A stretch of DNA of 61,676 bases, the filler included, from Squatina squatina (taxonomy: Eukaryota), in NCBI GenBank assembly GCA_031763465.1. It is 3 parts of 3 records of this genome, joined end to end, with 100 filler letters (N's around TTAATTAATTAA, not from the genome) between each part and the next. Parts side by side here need not be neighbours in the genome. Positions count along the whole stretch, not along the records: positions 1 to 25,730 come from JARFOE010000080.1; 2 more parts are not named here. One strand, given 5' to 3'. Made by a program: the position numbers and the translations under genes. Each line of letters begins with the position of its first letter. Within the stretch, counting starts at the first letter, position 1. The notes under the pieces are model-generated. The model did not search any database. It was not told the origin of the DNA and saw only the letters and a list, made by a program, of their open reading frames with translations. This document shows, one piece after another, positions 1 through 11,874 of this stretch.

Positions 1-1613
1 GTTGGTTTTGTGATTTTCTGATGTCAGATTTATAAATCTTGTCTTGTAATTCTGAAATGTTTAGGCTAAATTGATGGCTGTTTTCCTGTAGTTCTATAAC
101 AATCTTGTGAAGACAGTTGATTCTTCCATGTAGCTTCAAAATGTTGTCTTGAGCCTCAAAAATGTTTTTTTGCACATGTGAGACTGATACCTGCAGTCTC
201 TCCTTCATGGTATCAGTAACCTCTAATATACTTAGTACTGCCTGCAGCTCTGATGAAGAGGCTTCAAACTGGTATTTCCTCTTTTTACTTTCCATAATTA
301 TAGGTTGGGGTCTTTCACCCTCTTGCAAGTCAACATTAGCAATCCAATTATGGGTTACATTCTTCTGCACTTGTGAAAGATATTCTTCTAGACAGCTATT
401 TTTCTTTGCAAGTGCATTGATTTTGATGTTTAACTGTGCATTCTTTCCCTGCAGGTCTGCAACTAGGAGTTGAAGCTGTTTGCTTTGTAATTCAGCACCC
501 TCTAACTTTAATGTTTTACCTTGTAATTCTGAAACAATTGTTAACAATTCATTTTTATAGTCCTGAAGGTCACTATAATTTTTTTGTAGATTAGTATTTT
601 TGTCTTCGAGTTTGATGATAGTGGTTGTACATTCATTAATTTTGTCCTGAAGTTCTAAGTTCATGAATTGAAGTTTTTTATTGTCAAACTCAGTAGCCTC
701 AAGTTTACAGACTTGTTCTTTTAGTGTTGAAAAAGAAGTTTCCAGCTGGTGCTTACTTTCACAAAGTTCTGATATTGTGGCCTGCAACTCCCAGTTCTCA
801 TGTTGTAGCCTCAAATTCTCCTCTCTCATATTATTCTGCAGTTCTGAAAATGCAAGAAGCTGACCATTGTGGGGAATAGCTGACTGCAGTTTGAAATTAT
901 TTTCTTGTAGTGCTGAAACAAAAACCTCAAGTTGGTATTTTTTCTCATCAAGTTCTGAGATTATGTTTTGCATTTCTTTATTTTCTTTGTGTAATTCTTC
1001 CATAATATATTGAACCTGAGTGACATTAGCCTGCATTTGTAAATTTAAAGTTCCCTGGCAGACTTGTTTCTTATCTAAGTCCATGATCATGGTTTTCAGC
1101 TGATCATTCTGTTCTTGTAATTTTAAAATCCTGAGATTAAGTTCCTGATTCTCAGTTCCAGCACCTGCCAGTTTACAAAGCTTTCCTTGGACTGATGGGC
1201 TAATATTGTCCTGCAGCTCCAAAATAATAGAGTNNNNNNNNNNGAAATTGTTCATTTTTCAAATGTAATTCAGAAATCATTGATTGTAGTTTGCTGTTAT
1301 CTTCCTTTACTTCATCTACTGCAGTTTTCAAATCGGTAATTGACTCCTGCACATCAGACACATGGCTCCACATCTTGTAATTTTTTTTAATCAGATCTGC
1401 GACTGTAGATTGCATCTTTGCATTCCTTTTCTGAAGGTTAACATTCTTAGTTTTGAAATCATGCATTTGGGCATCTACATCCAGATTAGTTGTGGAAAAC
1501 TGATCATTTACCCTCTGAAGCTCTTCAATAGCTGTCTGCAAATGTTCATTTTTCCTGTTTAGTTTGGTTATTTCTGCTTGCATTTCACTGCTTTTCAACA
1601 GTTGATCTTGGAG
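1..1613 (-). CDS. Large coding exon of an unidentified long coiled-coil protein; runs off the window start, with a 10-N gap at 1234-1243
   Basis: Acceptor ...ttattcatttag| precedes 1613, then LQDQLLKSSEMQAEITKLNRKNEHLQ... to the gap. Beyond the gap, one minus frame stays open from 1231 to the window start (SIILELQDN...NISELQDKIYKSDIRKSQNQ). The ORF track misses that part because there is no stop. Heptad and 14-aa periodicity (ISELQxKNxxLQ). Confidence 0.85.
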
Positions 1614-1680
1614 CTAAATGAATAACATAAAAACAACAAAAGATTGTGTATAAGATAGCACACTGATTAATACTCACGTG

Positions 1681-1776
1681 TGGCTCCTGAACAATCAAGG
1701 CTATCCTCTGCAGACATGCTTCATGACACCAGTGCAATATTACAGGATGTCAGCTAAGCAGAGTTATAATGAAGTG
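1681..1776 (+). mobile_element. PIF/Harbinger transposase remnant
   Basis: Translates WLLNNQGYPLQTCFMTPVQYYRMSAKQSYNEV, resembling the HARBI1-type motif WLLGDxGYPLxxWLMTP...YN. Confidence 0.6.
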
Positions 1777-4424
1777 CTGGCATTCACCTGACTAGTTTCC
1801 CATCCTCCACCCTGCATAAACCTCAGCTTATTCANNNNNNNNNNNNNNNNNNNNNNNNNNNNNNNNNNNNNNNNNNNNNNNNNNNNNNNNNNNNNNNNNN
1901 NNNNNNNNNNNNNNNNNNNNNNNNNNNNNNNNNNACAGTAATATTACACTTGAGGATTTTAAAGTATGATGGAAACCGTTTACTGTTCCAAGCAACTGTT
2001 GTCTTGAAAGGCTACGTGTCAGAGCAAATGTCTAGTCTTTCATGCATCCATCAAAATGACAGCGAATTTATAAATAACTCAATCTCCCAAATGTGGATAT
2101 GTAAGGAATGAGCCTGTCTGAAAGATGAGAAGGTGGAGGTCTGTTCAAGAACTCGGGAGAAACATCAAGAATAAAAATAGAATATGTTAAATTACTCAAA
2201 GTCCAACAATATGGAGAAGCAAAGAATAAATGAGGGGGAAATGGGTGGAAAAGTAATTGAATTTAAAAAAAATGTTTTTCTTTTTATTCATGATTTGGCA
2301 TGTAAACATGTGTAGTGCAAAGTCCAAAATTAAAATGGCTGCAGTAATCATATCAAGATTTGTACGTATGCCAAAACTCGCTATATTTAATGGAGTTGCA
2401 TCTTAACACATGTTGCTAGATTCTTCACTGTTAGTCTGCTCCTGAAAACAGTTCAGGATCTGCTGCCTATCATTCAGTTATTGCAAACAGTACCTGTCAA
2501 TCACTAATTTAGTTCTTCAAAAGCTATTTTTGGAACACTGAAGGTTTCTATGGATCGTATCAATGCACAAAATGTTCAATACCGCTTTCCCTAAAAATGG
2601 TGTCTCGTTCCTTTTTGAAAATTCCTATAGTATTCTTGAATCCAATAGGGTTGGAGTAGAATTCAAAAGAACCCAACAAGACTTTTATAAAATTAGCTGT
2701 CAATTCTTTTGTACAATTTATGTAGAACTTTCAGTTCTGGTTATCATTTTGGAAGCTTGCAAAAACGAACTTTTTTTTGGAAAGGAGAAGTTCATGTATG
2801 AATATGCATATTTATTTTGCAATTATGACTGGGATTCTTAAAACTGTTGATTCAAAACTTGGGAATGAATAATTGTAGTAGGCAAGTTGCTTTTAAAAAA
2901 AAAATTGACAACATAAAAATACAAAATGTGTCCAACAAGAAATATAAACACTGTGGGCGCCTAATTCGATTGCCCTAAGTTTCTGGCACTAACGGAAGAA
3001 TAGTTGGGCACTAAGTTCAGCACTTAGGCTTAAGTCTGCCTTTTCAACACTGAGAAAACATTTCAAAAGCAGCTTAAAAAACATGCTACTTTCAGTGCTA
3101 ATGGGTCCATATTTAACGCTGATTTTCTTAGTCTCTTTCAGCTGTAGAATTTCTCAATTGGCTTAACTGCTTCCACTGTCCCAAAAGAGTAAATGCTTCC
3201 ACTGATCTACCAGCCCACATCNNNNNNNNNNNNNNNNNNNNNNNNNNNNNNNNNNNNNNNNNNNNNNNNNNNNNNNNNNNNNNNNNNNNNNNNNNNNNNN
3301 NNNNNNNNNNNNNNNNNNNNNGAATCAGTTTCATCTCAAGAAGCTTCTGTACTGTCTTTAGGTGGCCATTGCCAAATATTGTAGTCAGATTACAAATATT
3401 ATAAACATATTCATTGCACAACTGTTAAGCTCATTTCATTACTAGTTAACTCCTGTCTTTACCAAAGCTACATTCTGCAATTTTTTGGTATATTTTTGTG
3501 CTCACCAAGGTGAGGGATGTTAGTGGTGGGGAATTAAGCTCTTTACCATTTTGGGAACTTTNNNNNNNNNNGAACAGCCCTAACAGTTTTGCATTACGTT
3601 GTTCAGAAGAAGAGCTCAGCTGCCTGTACTGAGTAGAGTTCATTGCATCCTAGCAATGTGTTTTGAGTCCAACTTCTGAAGATTAACTCGAACTGTGATT
3701 TTTTTTCATCCTTTTTACACTTAAAGCTGCTGAATAAGATTTTCAGTTTACTGCCAGCTTTGGACAGTTTTGTGCTGTGGCCCCACCTACACTGGAAGCT
3801 GTCCAAGGTCAGTTCAGTTAGGCTTCTTGGAACCAACTGAGAAATGTGAGACTGCCATCTCATAAGTCTGGGTTGGATTTGAATCGAGGTCCCAGAAACA
3901 GAAGGAAAGTAGAGTCACACACTATACTTACAAGTCAACCACAATTCACATTTTCAGGATAAGAAGAAATTACACTTAACAGGACAGGTCAAGAGTTGAT
4001 ATGTTTCTGATGCCGTTTTGTTCCTTTTTAACGAGTCAAATGTTGAAAGCTGTTTATTCCATTAATAATTAGTGCTTCTACCAGAATGCTGTATGGAAAA
4101 TAACATCTAAACTAACAGGAAAGATCTGTGTAATCTTTATTTCAGACAACCTAAAGGTGTGCTGGAGTACAGTTCAGCCTGCTGTTATTGAGGTGTTGGC
4201 TCATCTGAAGTGGTCTATTTCTGTGGAACTGGTTGTGCCATCCTGCTGCCTCATACTCTATAACCATGGATAAATCCACACAAGAGCTCTTCTTGAACTT
4301 TATGGTGGTTTTGATGACTGTGCTACTTATGTGGCTTCTCGTTAAATCCTATCAGGAGTGAGACACTGTCCTGTATGTAAAACTAGCTCTTACAATAAAT
4401 TGTGCCAGTCTGTCATGGCTTCTG

Positions 4425-5945
4425 TTGCTCTTTTGCTGTATCTAGTTTTGCTGTGTTGGTGTAACTATTGTTAATTTGTTGGTTTATCAGTTGTTGCTGT
4501 GTTGCTGTGTCTATTGTTTCTGTGTTGGTGTATCTGTTGTTCCTGTGTTGGTGCATCTATTGCTGCTGTGTCACTCTATCTATTTTTGCTGTGTTGGTTT
4601 ATCTATTGTTCTTTTGTTGCTTTATCTATGGTTGCTGTGTTAGTGTCTCTTTTGTTGCTGTGCCGGTGTATGTATTGTTGCTGTTTTGGTTTATCTATTG
4701 TTCCTGTGTTGCAGTATCTAATGTTGCTGTGTTGGAGTGTCCATTGCTGCTGTGTCGGTGTATCCATTGTTGCTGTGTTGGTTTATCTATTTTTCTTGTG
4801 TTGCTGTGTGAATTATTGCCATGTCAGTGTATCTATTGTTGCTGTGTTGGTTTATCTATTGTACTTATGTTGCTGTATCGATTGTTGCTGTTTTGATGTG
4901 TCTGTTGTTGCTAAGTTGGTTTATCTATTGTTCCTGTTTTGCTATAACTATTATTCCTGTGTTAGTCTCTCTGTTGTTGCTGTGTTGCTGAATCTATTGT
5001 TTCTGTCCTGCTGTATCTATTGTTGCTGTGTTAGTGTAACTATTGTTACTGTGTTGCTGCATCTATTATTGCAGTCTTGCTGTACTTTTGCTGCTACGCT
5101 GGTTTATCTGTTGTTGCTGTGTTGGCATATCTATTGTTGTTTTGGCGGTGTATCTATTGTTGCTGTGTTGCTGTATCTGTTGTTGCTGTGTTGCTGTATC
5201 TATTGTTGCTATGTTGCTGTATCTATTGTTGCTGTGTTGCTGTCTCTAGTTTTGCTGTGTTGCTGTATCTGTTGTTGCTCTGTTGCTGTATCTATTGTTT
5301 CAGTGTCAGTGTATATATTGTTGCTGTGTTGCTGTCTCTGTTGTTGCTGTGTTGCTGCTTCTATTGTTGCTTTGTCAGTGTATCTCTTGTTGCTGTTTTG
5401 CTGTGTCTATTTTTGCTGTGTTGGTTTATCTATTGTTCCTGTGTTGCTCAATCTATTGCTGCTGTCTTGCTGTATCTATTGTTGTTGTGTTGCTGCATCT
5501 ATTTTTGCTGTGTTGGTGTAACTATTGCTATATTGTTGGTTTATCAATTGATCCTGTTTTGCTGTGTCTACTGTTTCTGTGTTGGTGTATCTGTTGTTCC
5601 TGTGTTGGTGTGTCTATTGGTGCAGTGTCGGTGTATCTATTGTTGCTCTGTTGGTTTATCTGTTGTTCTTTTGTTGCTGTATCTATAGTTGTTGTGTTAG
5701 TGTAACTTTTGTTGCTGTGCCAGTGTATATATTGTTGCTGTGTTGGGTTATCTATTGTTGCTGTGTTGCAGTATCTATTGTTGCTGTGTTGGAGTGTCCA
5801 TTGTTGCTGTGTCGGTGTATCCATTGTTGCTGTGCTGGCTTATCTATTTTTCCTGCGTTGCTGTGTCTATTATTGCTGTATCACTGTATCGATTGTTGAT
5901 GTGTCGGTATATCGATTGTTGCTGTGTCGGTGTATCTATTGTTGA
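4425..5945. repeat. Degenerate 23-bp TG-rich minisatellite (consensus about TGCTGTGTTGCTGTATCTATTGT), about 65 units, truncated by a gap
   Basis: Directly visible tandem units with strong T/G strand bias. It explains the overlapping Cys/Val/Leu-rich ORFs. Confidence 0.95.
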
Positions 5946-6177
5946 NNNNNNNNNNNNNNNNNNNNNNNNNNNNNNNNNNNNNNNNNNNNNNNNNNNNNNN
6001 NNNNNNNNNNNNNNNNNNNNNNNNNNNNNNNNNNNNNNNNNNNNNTTACAATAAAGGCCAACAGGCAATTTTTCTTCCTAATTGTTTACTGTAACTGCAT
6101 TACTGGATCATTTACAGATAATTATTTGTTTTGTGGCTTTGTGACAATTACTATTATTACTTTTAATTATTCCTTAC

Positions 6178-6371
6178 CATTTCTCCAAGTTTTTCAACAT
6201 GATATGTCAGGTGTTGGAGTTGTTTCATCTGGTAGCGCACCTCCTCATAGACATTAGCAGGTAACTGGTTTCCAGCAGGGTTTGAGAGCAGGGAATTTCC
6301 TGTTGAAGAATCAATACTAACCGTGGATGAGCAGCTGCTTGATGGTATAGCCATTTCTTCACTTCCACATT
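6178..6371 (-). CDS. Probable internal coding exon, possibly upstream in the same coiled-coil gene
   Basis: Acceptor ...ctacctgacctag|, open frame CGSEEMAIPSSSCSS...VYEEVRYQMKQLQHLTYHVEKLGEM, donor |gtaagg. It ends in phase 0, matching the phase-0 start of the exon at 1613. Confidence 0.55.
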
Positions 6372-6397
6372 CTAGGTCAGGTAGGGTTAAAGTAGAA

Positions 6398-6750
6398 TCA
6401 TAAATGAGGAAAGAGAGGTAGAAAAGCAGAGATGTTTAGGGAGGGAATTCCAGGGCTGAAGGACTGATTAAAATCAGAGATGCTCATGATGCCAGATTTG
6501 GAAGAGTGCAGATATCTCAGAAGGTTGTAGGAGTGTAAGAGGTTACAGAGATAGGGAGGGACAAGGCCATGGAGGGATTTGAAAACATGGATGGGAATTT
6601 TGAAATTGAGGCATTGCTTAACCAGGAGCCAGTGTAGGTCTGCGAGCACAGAGGTGATGGGTGAACGGGACTTGGTGTGAGTTTGATTACGGACAACAGA
6701 GTTTTGGATGAACTTAAGCTTATGGAGGGTGGAAGATGGGAGCCGCCTCC
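6398..6750 (-). mobile_element. L2-type LINE ORF2 C-terminal fragment
   Basis: LADLHWLLVKQCLNFKIPIHVFKSLHGLVPPYLCNLL matches the L2/CR1-clade C-terminal LHWLP...FK.LHGLAP.YL motif. Confidence 0.8.
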
Positions 6751-7366
6751 TTGAACCGCTTCTTTGTACAACTGAGCTGCTTGGTCGGCCATTTCAGAAG
6801 GCAATTAAGAGTCTGGGGGGCCCAATTGGACAGCGCTGTGCTGGTAGCGCAAATTCCCAAAATGGTAGGATTTGTGCACGCCATTTTTGCGCTGCTCTTT
6901 TAAATAGCGGAATTGGTCCCTTTAGTTTTTTGTGTCGGAGTGCTAATGGAGCGTCATTTCAGCGCAACTTGAGTCAGCTGTGGTGCTAAGGGGGCGAGGC
7001 AGTTCCAATTCAGTCGCCCCGACTGCCTGCCTCTCTCCGCATCTACATTTGCTCCCGGGTGTCCCTGGAGATGGAGCAAGCGGTGTCTGCCGGTAGGCTT
7101 GAGGCCTTNNNNNNNNNNNNNNNNNNNNNNNNNNNNNNNNNNNNNNNNNNNNNNNNNNNNNNNNNNNNNNNNNNNNNNNNNNNNNNNNNNNNNNNNNNNN
7201 NNNNNNNNCTAATGAAATCACATTCTCACCTATCGGAGAGAACGGGACATTATCTTGGGAAAAAAGGGTTAGCTTGGAAATTAATAAGTTTAAATTTAAA
7301 AATACAATTTAAATAAATATTTGGACTAAATAAAACAAGTTATTTGTCACCAATTAACAATTGATA

Positions 7367-8560
7367 TTACAATTGAATTTTCCAGGGATCCCGATATCTA
7401 TTAAACTGAATCACTTGACAGTGAAACTCAGTTAAAGCCCTGGGCATTGGTGATACTTCTTCCCATTCAGATCTGCTACTGTGGTACACCTGTACTTCAT
7501 CTGTGATTTCATCTGGAGCATAATCCCCACCCAAAATATAAATCTTGTCTGCAATCCCAATAGCCCCTGCATTGAAGCCTGCACACTCAAATGAGCCCTC
7601 ACCTTTCCAAATACAGGTCTCTGGGCAAAAACTGTAGACTTTGTAAGTAGAAAGGTCACAAATGTACAAAGTGCAATTTACTGGGACAGCTTTCACAAGG
7701 GTAGCATGAAAAAACTGGCCAAATTCTGCAACAAGTTCTGACCACTGATCAGAGGACACGTTGTATTTGAAGAAACAATCCATTGACGGATTGAAGATAT
7801 CAGCTATTTCCACCTCAGATCCAAGGACATAAATAATGTCATTGCAGGCACTTGCTTCTGGATAATAAATTCCTCTTGGCAAATGGCTCACTGATTTCCA
7901 TTCTTTGGTAAGTGGGTTGTAGGATTCAACATTTAAAAGGCTCCGGATTTCTCGTGCTCCTCTGGTTTTCCCACCTATTACAAAAAGCTGGTTCATTGCA
8001 ATAACCGATGTGTGCATGGTCCGAGTGTTTTTCATTGACGAAACAGAAGTGAAATTGTTTGTCCTTGGGCAGTAGCACCATGTCTGATCAGTTGCATCAT
8101 GACATCTTTCTGCAATGTGCAGTCGTATAGATCTACTACAGCTAATCTTACATCCTCCAGTAATAAATATTTTTTCTCCAAAGGTAACCAAACTTGACCC
8201 TGGAAAATCAACAATATTTGTAGCGGGCAACTCCTTCCAGCTATCACTTTCAATGTTATAGCAAAACGTGTGCTTAATCACACCATTTTCTTCAGTTTTG
8301 TGAACAAGTATGTATTTTTCTGTTGTGGATGGTCTTGCATCAGGAAAGAGCCCATTAAACTCTTGAAATTTATTGAGAACATCACAAATGGATTCCATGC
8401 ATTTAGAATTGTTTGCTAGTAAACTTTCAGATCTCATAAAGTCTTCCAGTGTTTCTTTGGATAGCTGATGCAATCTTACTAGATTAATCAAGTGAGGCAA
8501 ATGCTTTTCTCTCTGGTCAACATCATATCGAATCCAATGAAGAACAGCATTCAGAACATT
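7367..8560 (-). CDS. KBTBD3: KBTBD3 C-terminal part (end of BACK domain plus kelch repeats, to stop)
   Basis: NVLNAVLHW...LFPDARPSTTEKYI...GGKTRG...WSELVAEFGQFFHATL...GGDYAPDEITDEVQVY...YRDPW closely match vertebrate KBTBD3. Confidence 0.95.
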   Translation of the reverse strand, partial: NVLNAVLHWIRYDVDQREKHLPHLINLVRLHQLSKETLEDFMRSESLLANNSKCMESICDVLNKFQEFNGLFPDARPSTTEKYILVHKTEENGVIKHTFCYNIESDSWKELPATNIVDFPGSSLVTFGEKIFITGGCKISCSRSIRLHIAERCHDATDQTWCYCPRTNNFTSVSSMKNTRTMHTSVIAMNQLFVIGGKTRGAREIRSLLNVESYNPLTKEWKSVSHLPRGIYYPEASACNDIIYVLGSEVEIADIFNPSMDCFFKYNVSSDQWSELVAEFGQFFHATLVKAVPVNCTLYICDLSTYKVYSFCPETCIWKGEGSFECAGFNAGAIGIADKIYILGGDYAPDEITDEVQVYHSSRSEWEEVSPMPRALTEFHCQVIQFNRYRDPWKIQL

Positions 8561-9254
8561 TGCAATTCAGTCTAATTGCATTACAGTCCTTTCTGTTTCA
8601 ATCTATCCCACTAGCAGTCACATGGGACTGCAGGATATAGGGGAGAGCTGACAGCCTGGTGTAAGCAAATCTACCACAGGGCTGACATTCCAGTCAAAGT
8701 GGAAAGGTTCAAAGGAGGGACTAATGCAATATTTCTAATAAAATTGAATCAGAATAGATTATGCTAATACTGTGTCACCTTCAGCTGCCTTCCATGTTTT
8801 GGTTTGAAATCATCTACAGTAAAGCACTGGGTCTAAAGGAGAGTAAAGCGCAATTGCTGCACAGCAAAGGCAAGCTTGTTAATTTACTTCTGACTGTAAT
8901 AGTCACAGTGTGGCTGTTATAGTTGCTACCTACTGACTTTTTTTAATGGAAAAAGTAAAAAACATCAATGTAAACATTGCCTATTTTGTTGTTTCTGTCA
9001 AGGTTTGCCCTGCGCTACTGGAGGAAATTAAAGAATAGAAATGTCTTGTACTATGAAGCTTTGTTGAGTTTCAGTTAAATGGGAGAAAAGACAGTGGCAT
9101 GTAGTTTCTGTTAGCGGCACAATCGGCAGAATGCGCTGTATACTGCGCCGGTTTNNNNNNNNNNNNNNNNNNNNNNNNNNNNNNNNNNNNNNNNNNNNNN
9201 NNNNNNNNNNNNNNNNNNNNNNNNNNNNNNNNNNNNNNNNNNNNNNNNNNNNNN

Positions 9255-9609
9255 TCCAGCATTCATTTCTAAAAAATCATTGGATTTTAACAGGAAAGAG
9301 AAGTGCTGCACTACAAATAGCAAAGCATGATTGTACAAAGCGGTAGAACCATAACCCTCAGACAGAGACAGAAGTTGTAAGCAATTGGTGAGATCAAGGG
9401 TTTTGATAAGAAAATCACTGCATGCTTTAGCTAGCAGTGACACTTGAAGAAATGAGGACATCTGAAAGAACATTTCAACATTGGTCTCAGATAGTTCTGC
9501 AAGCCCGGTGTAAGCAAAATCCAGAAATGCCCTCACAGCCTCCGGAGATAAATTAGTGATTGTTACACTTCCATCATCTCTTTCCCTCATGTGAACTTCA
9601 AACATGGCT
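9255..9609 (-). CDS. KBTBD3: KBTBD3 BTB/BACK coding segment, truncated by a gap
   Basis: Acceptor cttgcag|, then (R)AMFEVHMRERDDGSVTITNLS...FLEMNAG. Phase-compatible with the exon ending at 10686. Confidence 0.93.
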
Positions 9610-10354
9610 CTGCAAGGGAAACAGTAACATAAATACTGCCTTTAATAGGACATTACAGAAACTGTGAAGCTTAAATATTTCTCACATGGTTTGAAGCTTC
9701 TATTTAAACAATACATAATATAGTCTAGATTACAATATCTCAAATTACCTTATTGGTGGGTTTTCTGCAAGTACACAAACATCAATAATATTTTTTTTTA
9801 ATTCAAAACAAATTTAAACATACTACAACTATTTTTCTAGTTCATATCCAGAAAACCAAAATGACAATCAATTCAAGTATATTTGAAGCATAGAAGATGC
9901 GGGGCTATGATGAGCGAGCAGAGCAGTGGGACTTAGTTTTGAAATGCTCAAGCAAAGTGCTTGCACAGACACAAAGTGTGTGCTGTAGCATCTTAATATG
10001 GCTGAAATCTGTCAATGATGTGAGCATGAAACAAGAATATCTATAGAAGTAATGAGGTTGGAGACATCTAGTATAGGTTTTACCGAAACTCCAATAATAG
10101 ACACAGCATAGAGAGCAAGGTTGCTTTAACAACCTCAAAAAAATTGAACTGTTCCATTTATAGCTGTAGAAAAATGCTTAGAAAAGCATAGGCCGATTAG
10201 AAAGGCTTCAAGCAAATGAGAAACAATCAGTAGGTCACGTTTGATTAACTTAATTGATTTTTTTGAGGAAATTCGTGTATAAAGGGAATATATTGGATGT
10301 TGTAAAGATGTATCTGTTAAGGGTGTTAAGTGTCTTATGACAATTAAGGTGTGC

Positions 10355-10525
10355 AAGAACATAAGAAATAGGAGCTGGGGTAGGCCATTTGGCCCTTCGA
10401 GCCTGCTCCTCCATTCAACAAGATCATGGTCGATCTTCTACCTCAACTCCACCTTCCTGCACGATCCCCATATCCCTCAGTTCTCTTAGTTCCAAAAAAT
10501 GAATTGACCTCTGTATGGTATTAAA
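10355..10525 (-). mobile_element. CR1 LINE 3' end
   Basis: aagaacataagaaataggagc...ggccatttggccc..cgagcctgctcc.ccattcaa..agatcatgg; the same tail recurs elsewhere in the window. Confidence 0.85.
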
Positions 10526-10685
10526 NNNNNNNNNNNNNNNNNNNNNNNNNNNNNNNNNNNNNNNNNNNNNNNNNNNNNNNNNNNNNNNNNNNNNNNNNNN
10601 NNNNNNNNNNNNNNNNNNNNNNNNNTGAAATGCATACTATATTACAGTTGACAATACCAACAGTCGCGGAAAAAGTTTAATTTAC

Positions 10686-10891
10686 CTAAAGAAATCACTG
10701 CATGCAGCCAGAATACACCGATGACATGGAAACTTTTCTCCTTTGACAAATATAGTGAAGTCAAAGAATACGTTTTGCTCCCGGAAGTTCTGAAGTACAT
10801 TCAAAACCTGCTTGCCGTGGGTCTCAGCCAGCAGAGAGACTGTTCTCCCTTCAGTCACTCCATTGCAAGCAGCCCTAGAAATGGAATCCAT
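10686..10891 (-). CDS. KBTBD3: KBTBD3 first coding exon (N-terminal BTB)
   Basis: MDSIS...HGKQVLNVLQNFREQNVFFDFTIFVKGEKFPCHRCILAACSDFF, then ag|gtaaa donor. Confidence 0.92.
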
Positions 10892-11874
10892 GATTGACTT
10901 GGTTCACATCTCAAATCTGCAAAGATAAAATATTCTGTATACTTTTGTCACAAACACACTTTCAAGAAATTCATCTATTACCTTCAATACTTGAATACAA
11001 TTTAAAATCTTTAGTGAAAAGATGATAGGCATAGCTAAAAAGTGATCTTAAGTTATCAAAACAGAGCTGTTTTAGTTACATTATCTAGATTATGGACAAG
11101 TGTATGTTTTAAGGAAAATTGTGGGAGAGTTTACCCATTTGTCTTTCATACAGTCTGACTTGAAAAAAACATTTTTAAAACTATTAAAACACACCGAACT
11201 TGATTGATAAGGTCAACAACCAACCTACTCTTAAACATTGCCATTCTGTAATCACAAGAAAGTATACAAGATGTCTGCCTGCTTTTAAGTGCAGTCCATC
11301 AATGATCATTTTTTTCTCCACATGGGAGTGTTTCCAGCTCGAAATGTGCCATCACAGAGAGCTAGTAAACAGATGCCAGCCACATCCTAGAGGGAAGAAG
11401 TAGTCAGATAATCAAATACTTTTGAACTACTCACATCTCTGTGCCTCAAGAAGAGGCCTTGGAAAAGTGAATCTAAAAGGAAAAATAAAAATATTTTAAA
11501 AAGCATTCTGCACATGATGAATAAGAAGTTCGTGGAATGTTTTGCATATTATGATCCATGGAAAAGCTTAAAAAATAATGCTGGTATCACAGAGCATTTT
11601 CCAGTACAGTAAAATGCTCAATCATCCAGCTATTTTGGAACATACTTCTTCTAGCTTAGCGTTTCATTGGAGTGACAACAGGTATTCAGTCTATGAAACA
11701 ACCCATCAGAAAGTTGTGAATGAACGTTAAGTGGATAAAAGATGCATCATAACCAAGCTTGTGATATAAATACCTGATGATGTGAATCTAATTGATGGAG
11801 ATATAGAAAGAAGGTATTTTTAATGAGTATTGTTGAACATTTAGTAGTTCAGGAAAACCAGTTGATATTGTGCA

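Noticed and set aside
1200-1243. Apparent frameshift and stop in the coiled-coil ORF (pseudogene)
   Set aside because: The frame change falls in a nominal 10-N gap, and both sides are fully open.
162-1562. Plus-strand ORFs 162-473, 681-863 and 1362-1562
   Set aside because: They are antisense shadows of the minus-strand coiled-coil exon.
4425-5945. CRISPR-like array
   Set aside because: There are no unique spacers, the units are contiguous and degenerate, and the context is eukaryotic.
4468-6068. Many overlapping Cys/Val/Leu-rich ORFs (up to 340 aa) resembling keratin-associated or membrane proteins
   Set aside because: They are by-products of a stop-poor 23-bp repeat. The unit is not a multiple of 3 and all frames give the same permuted peptide.
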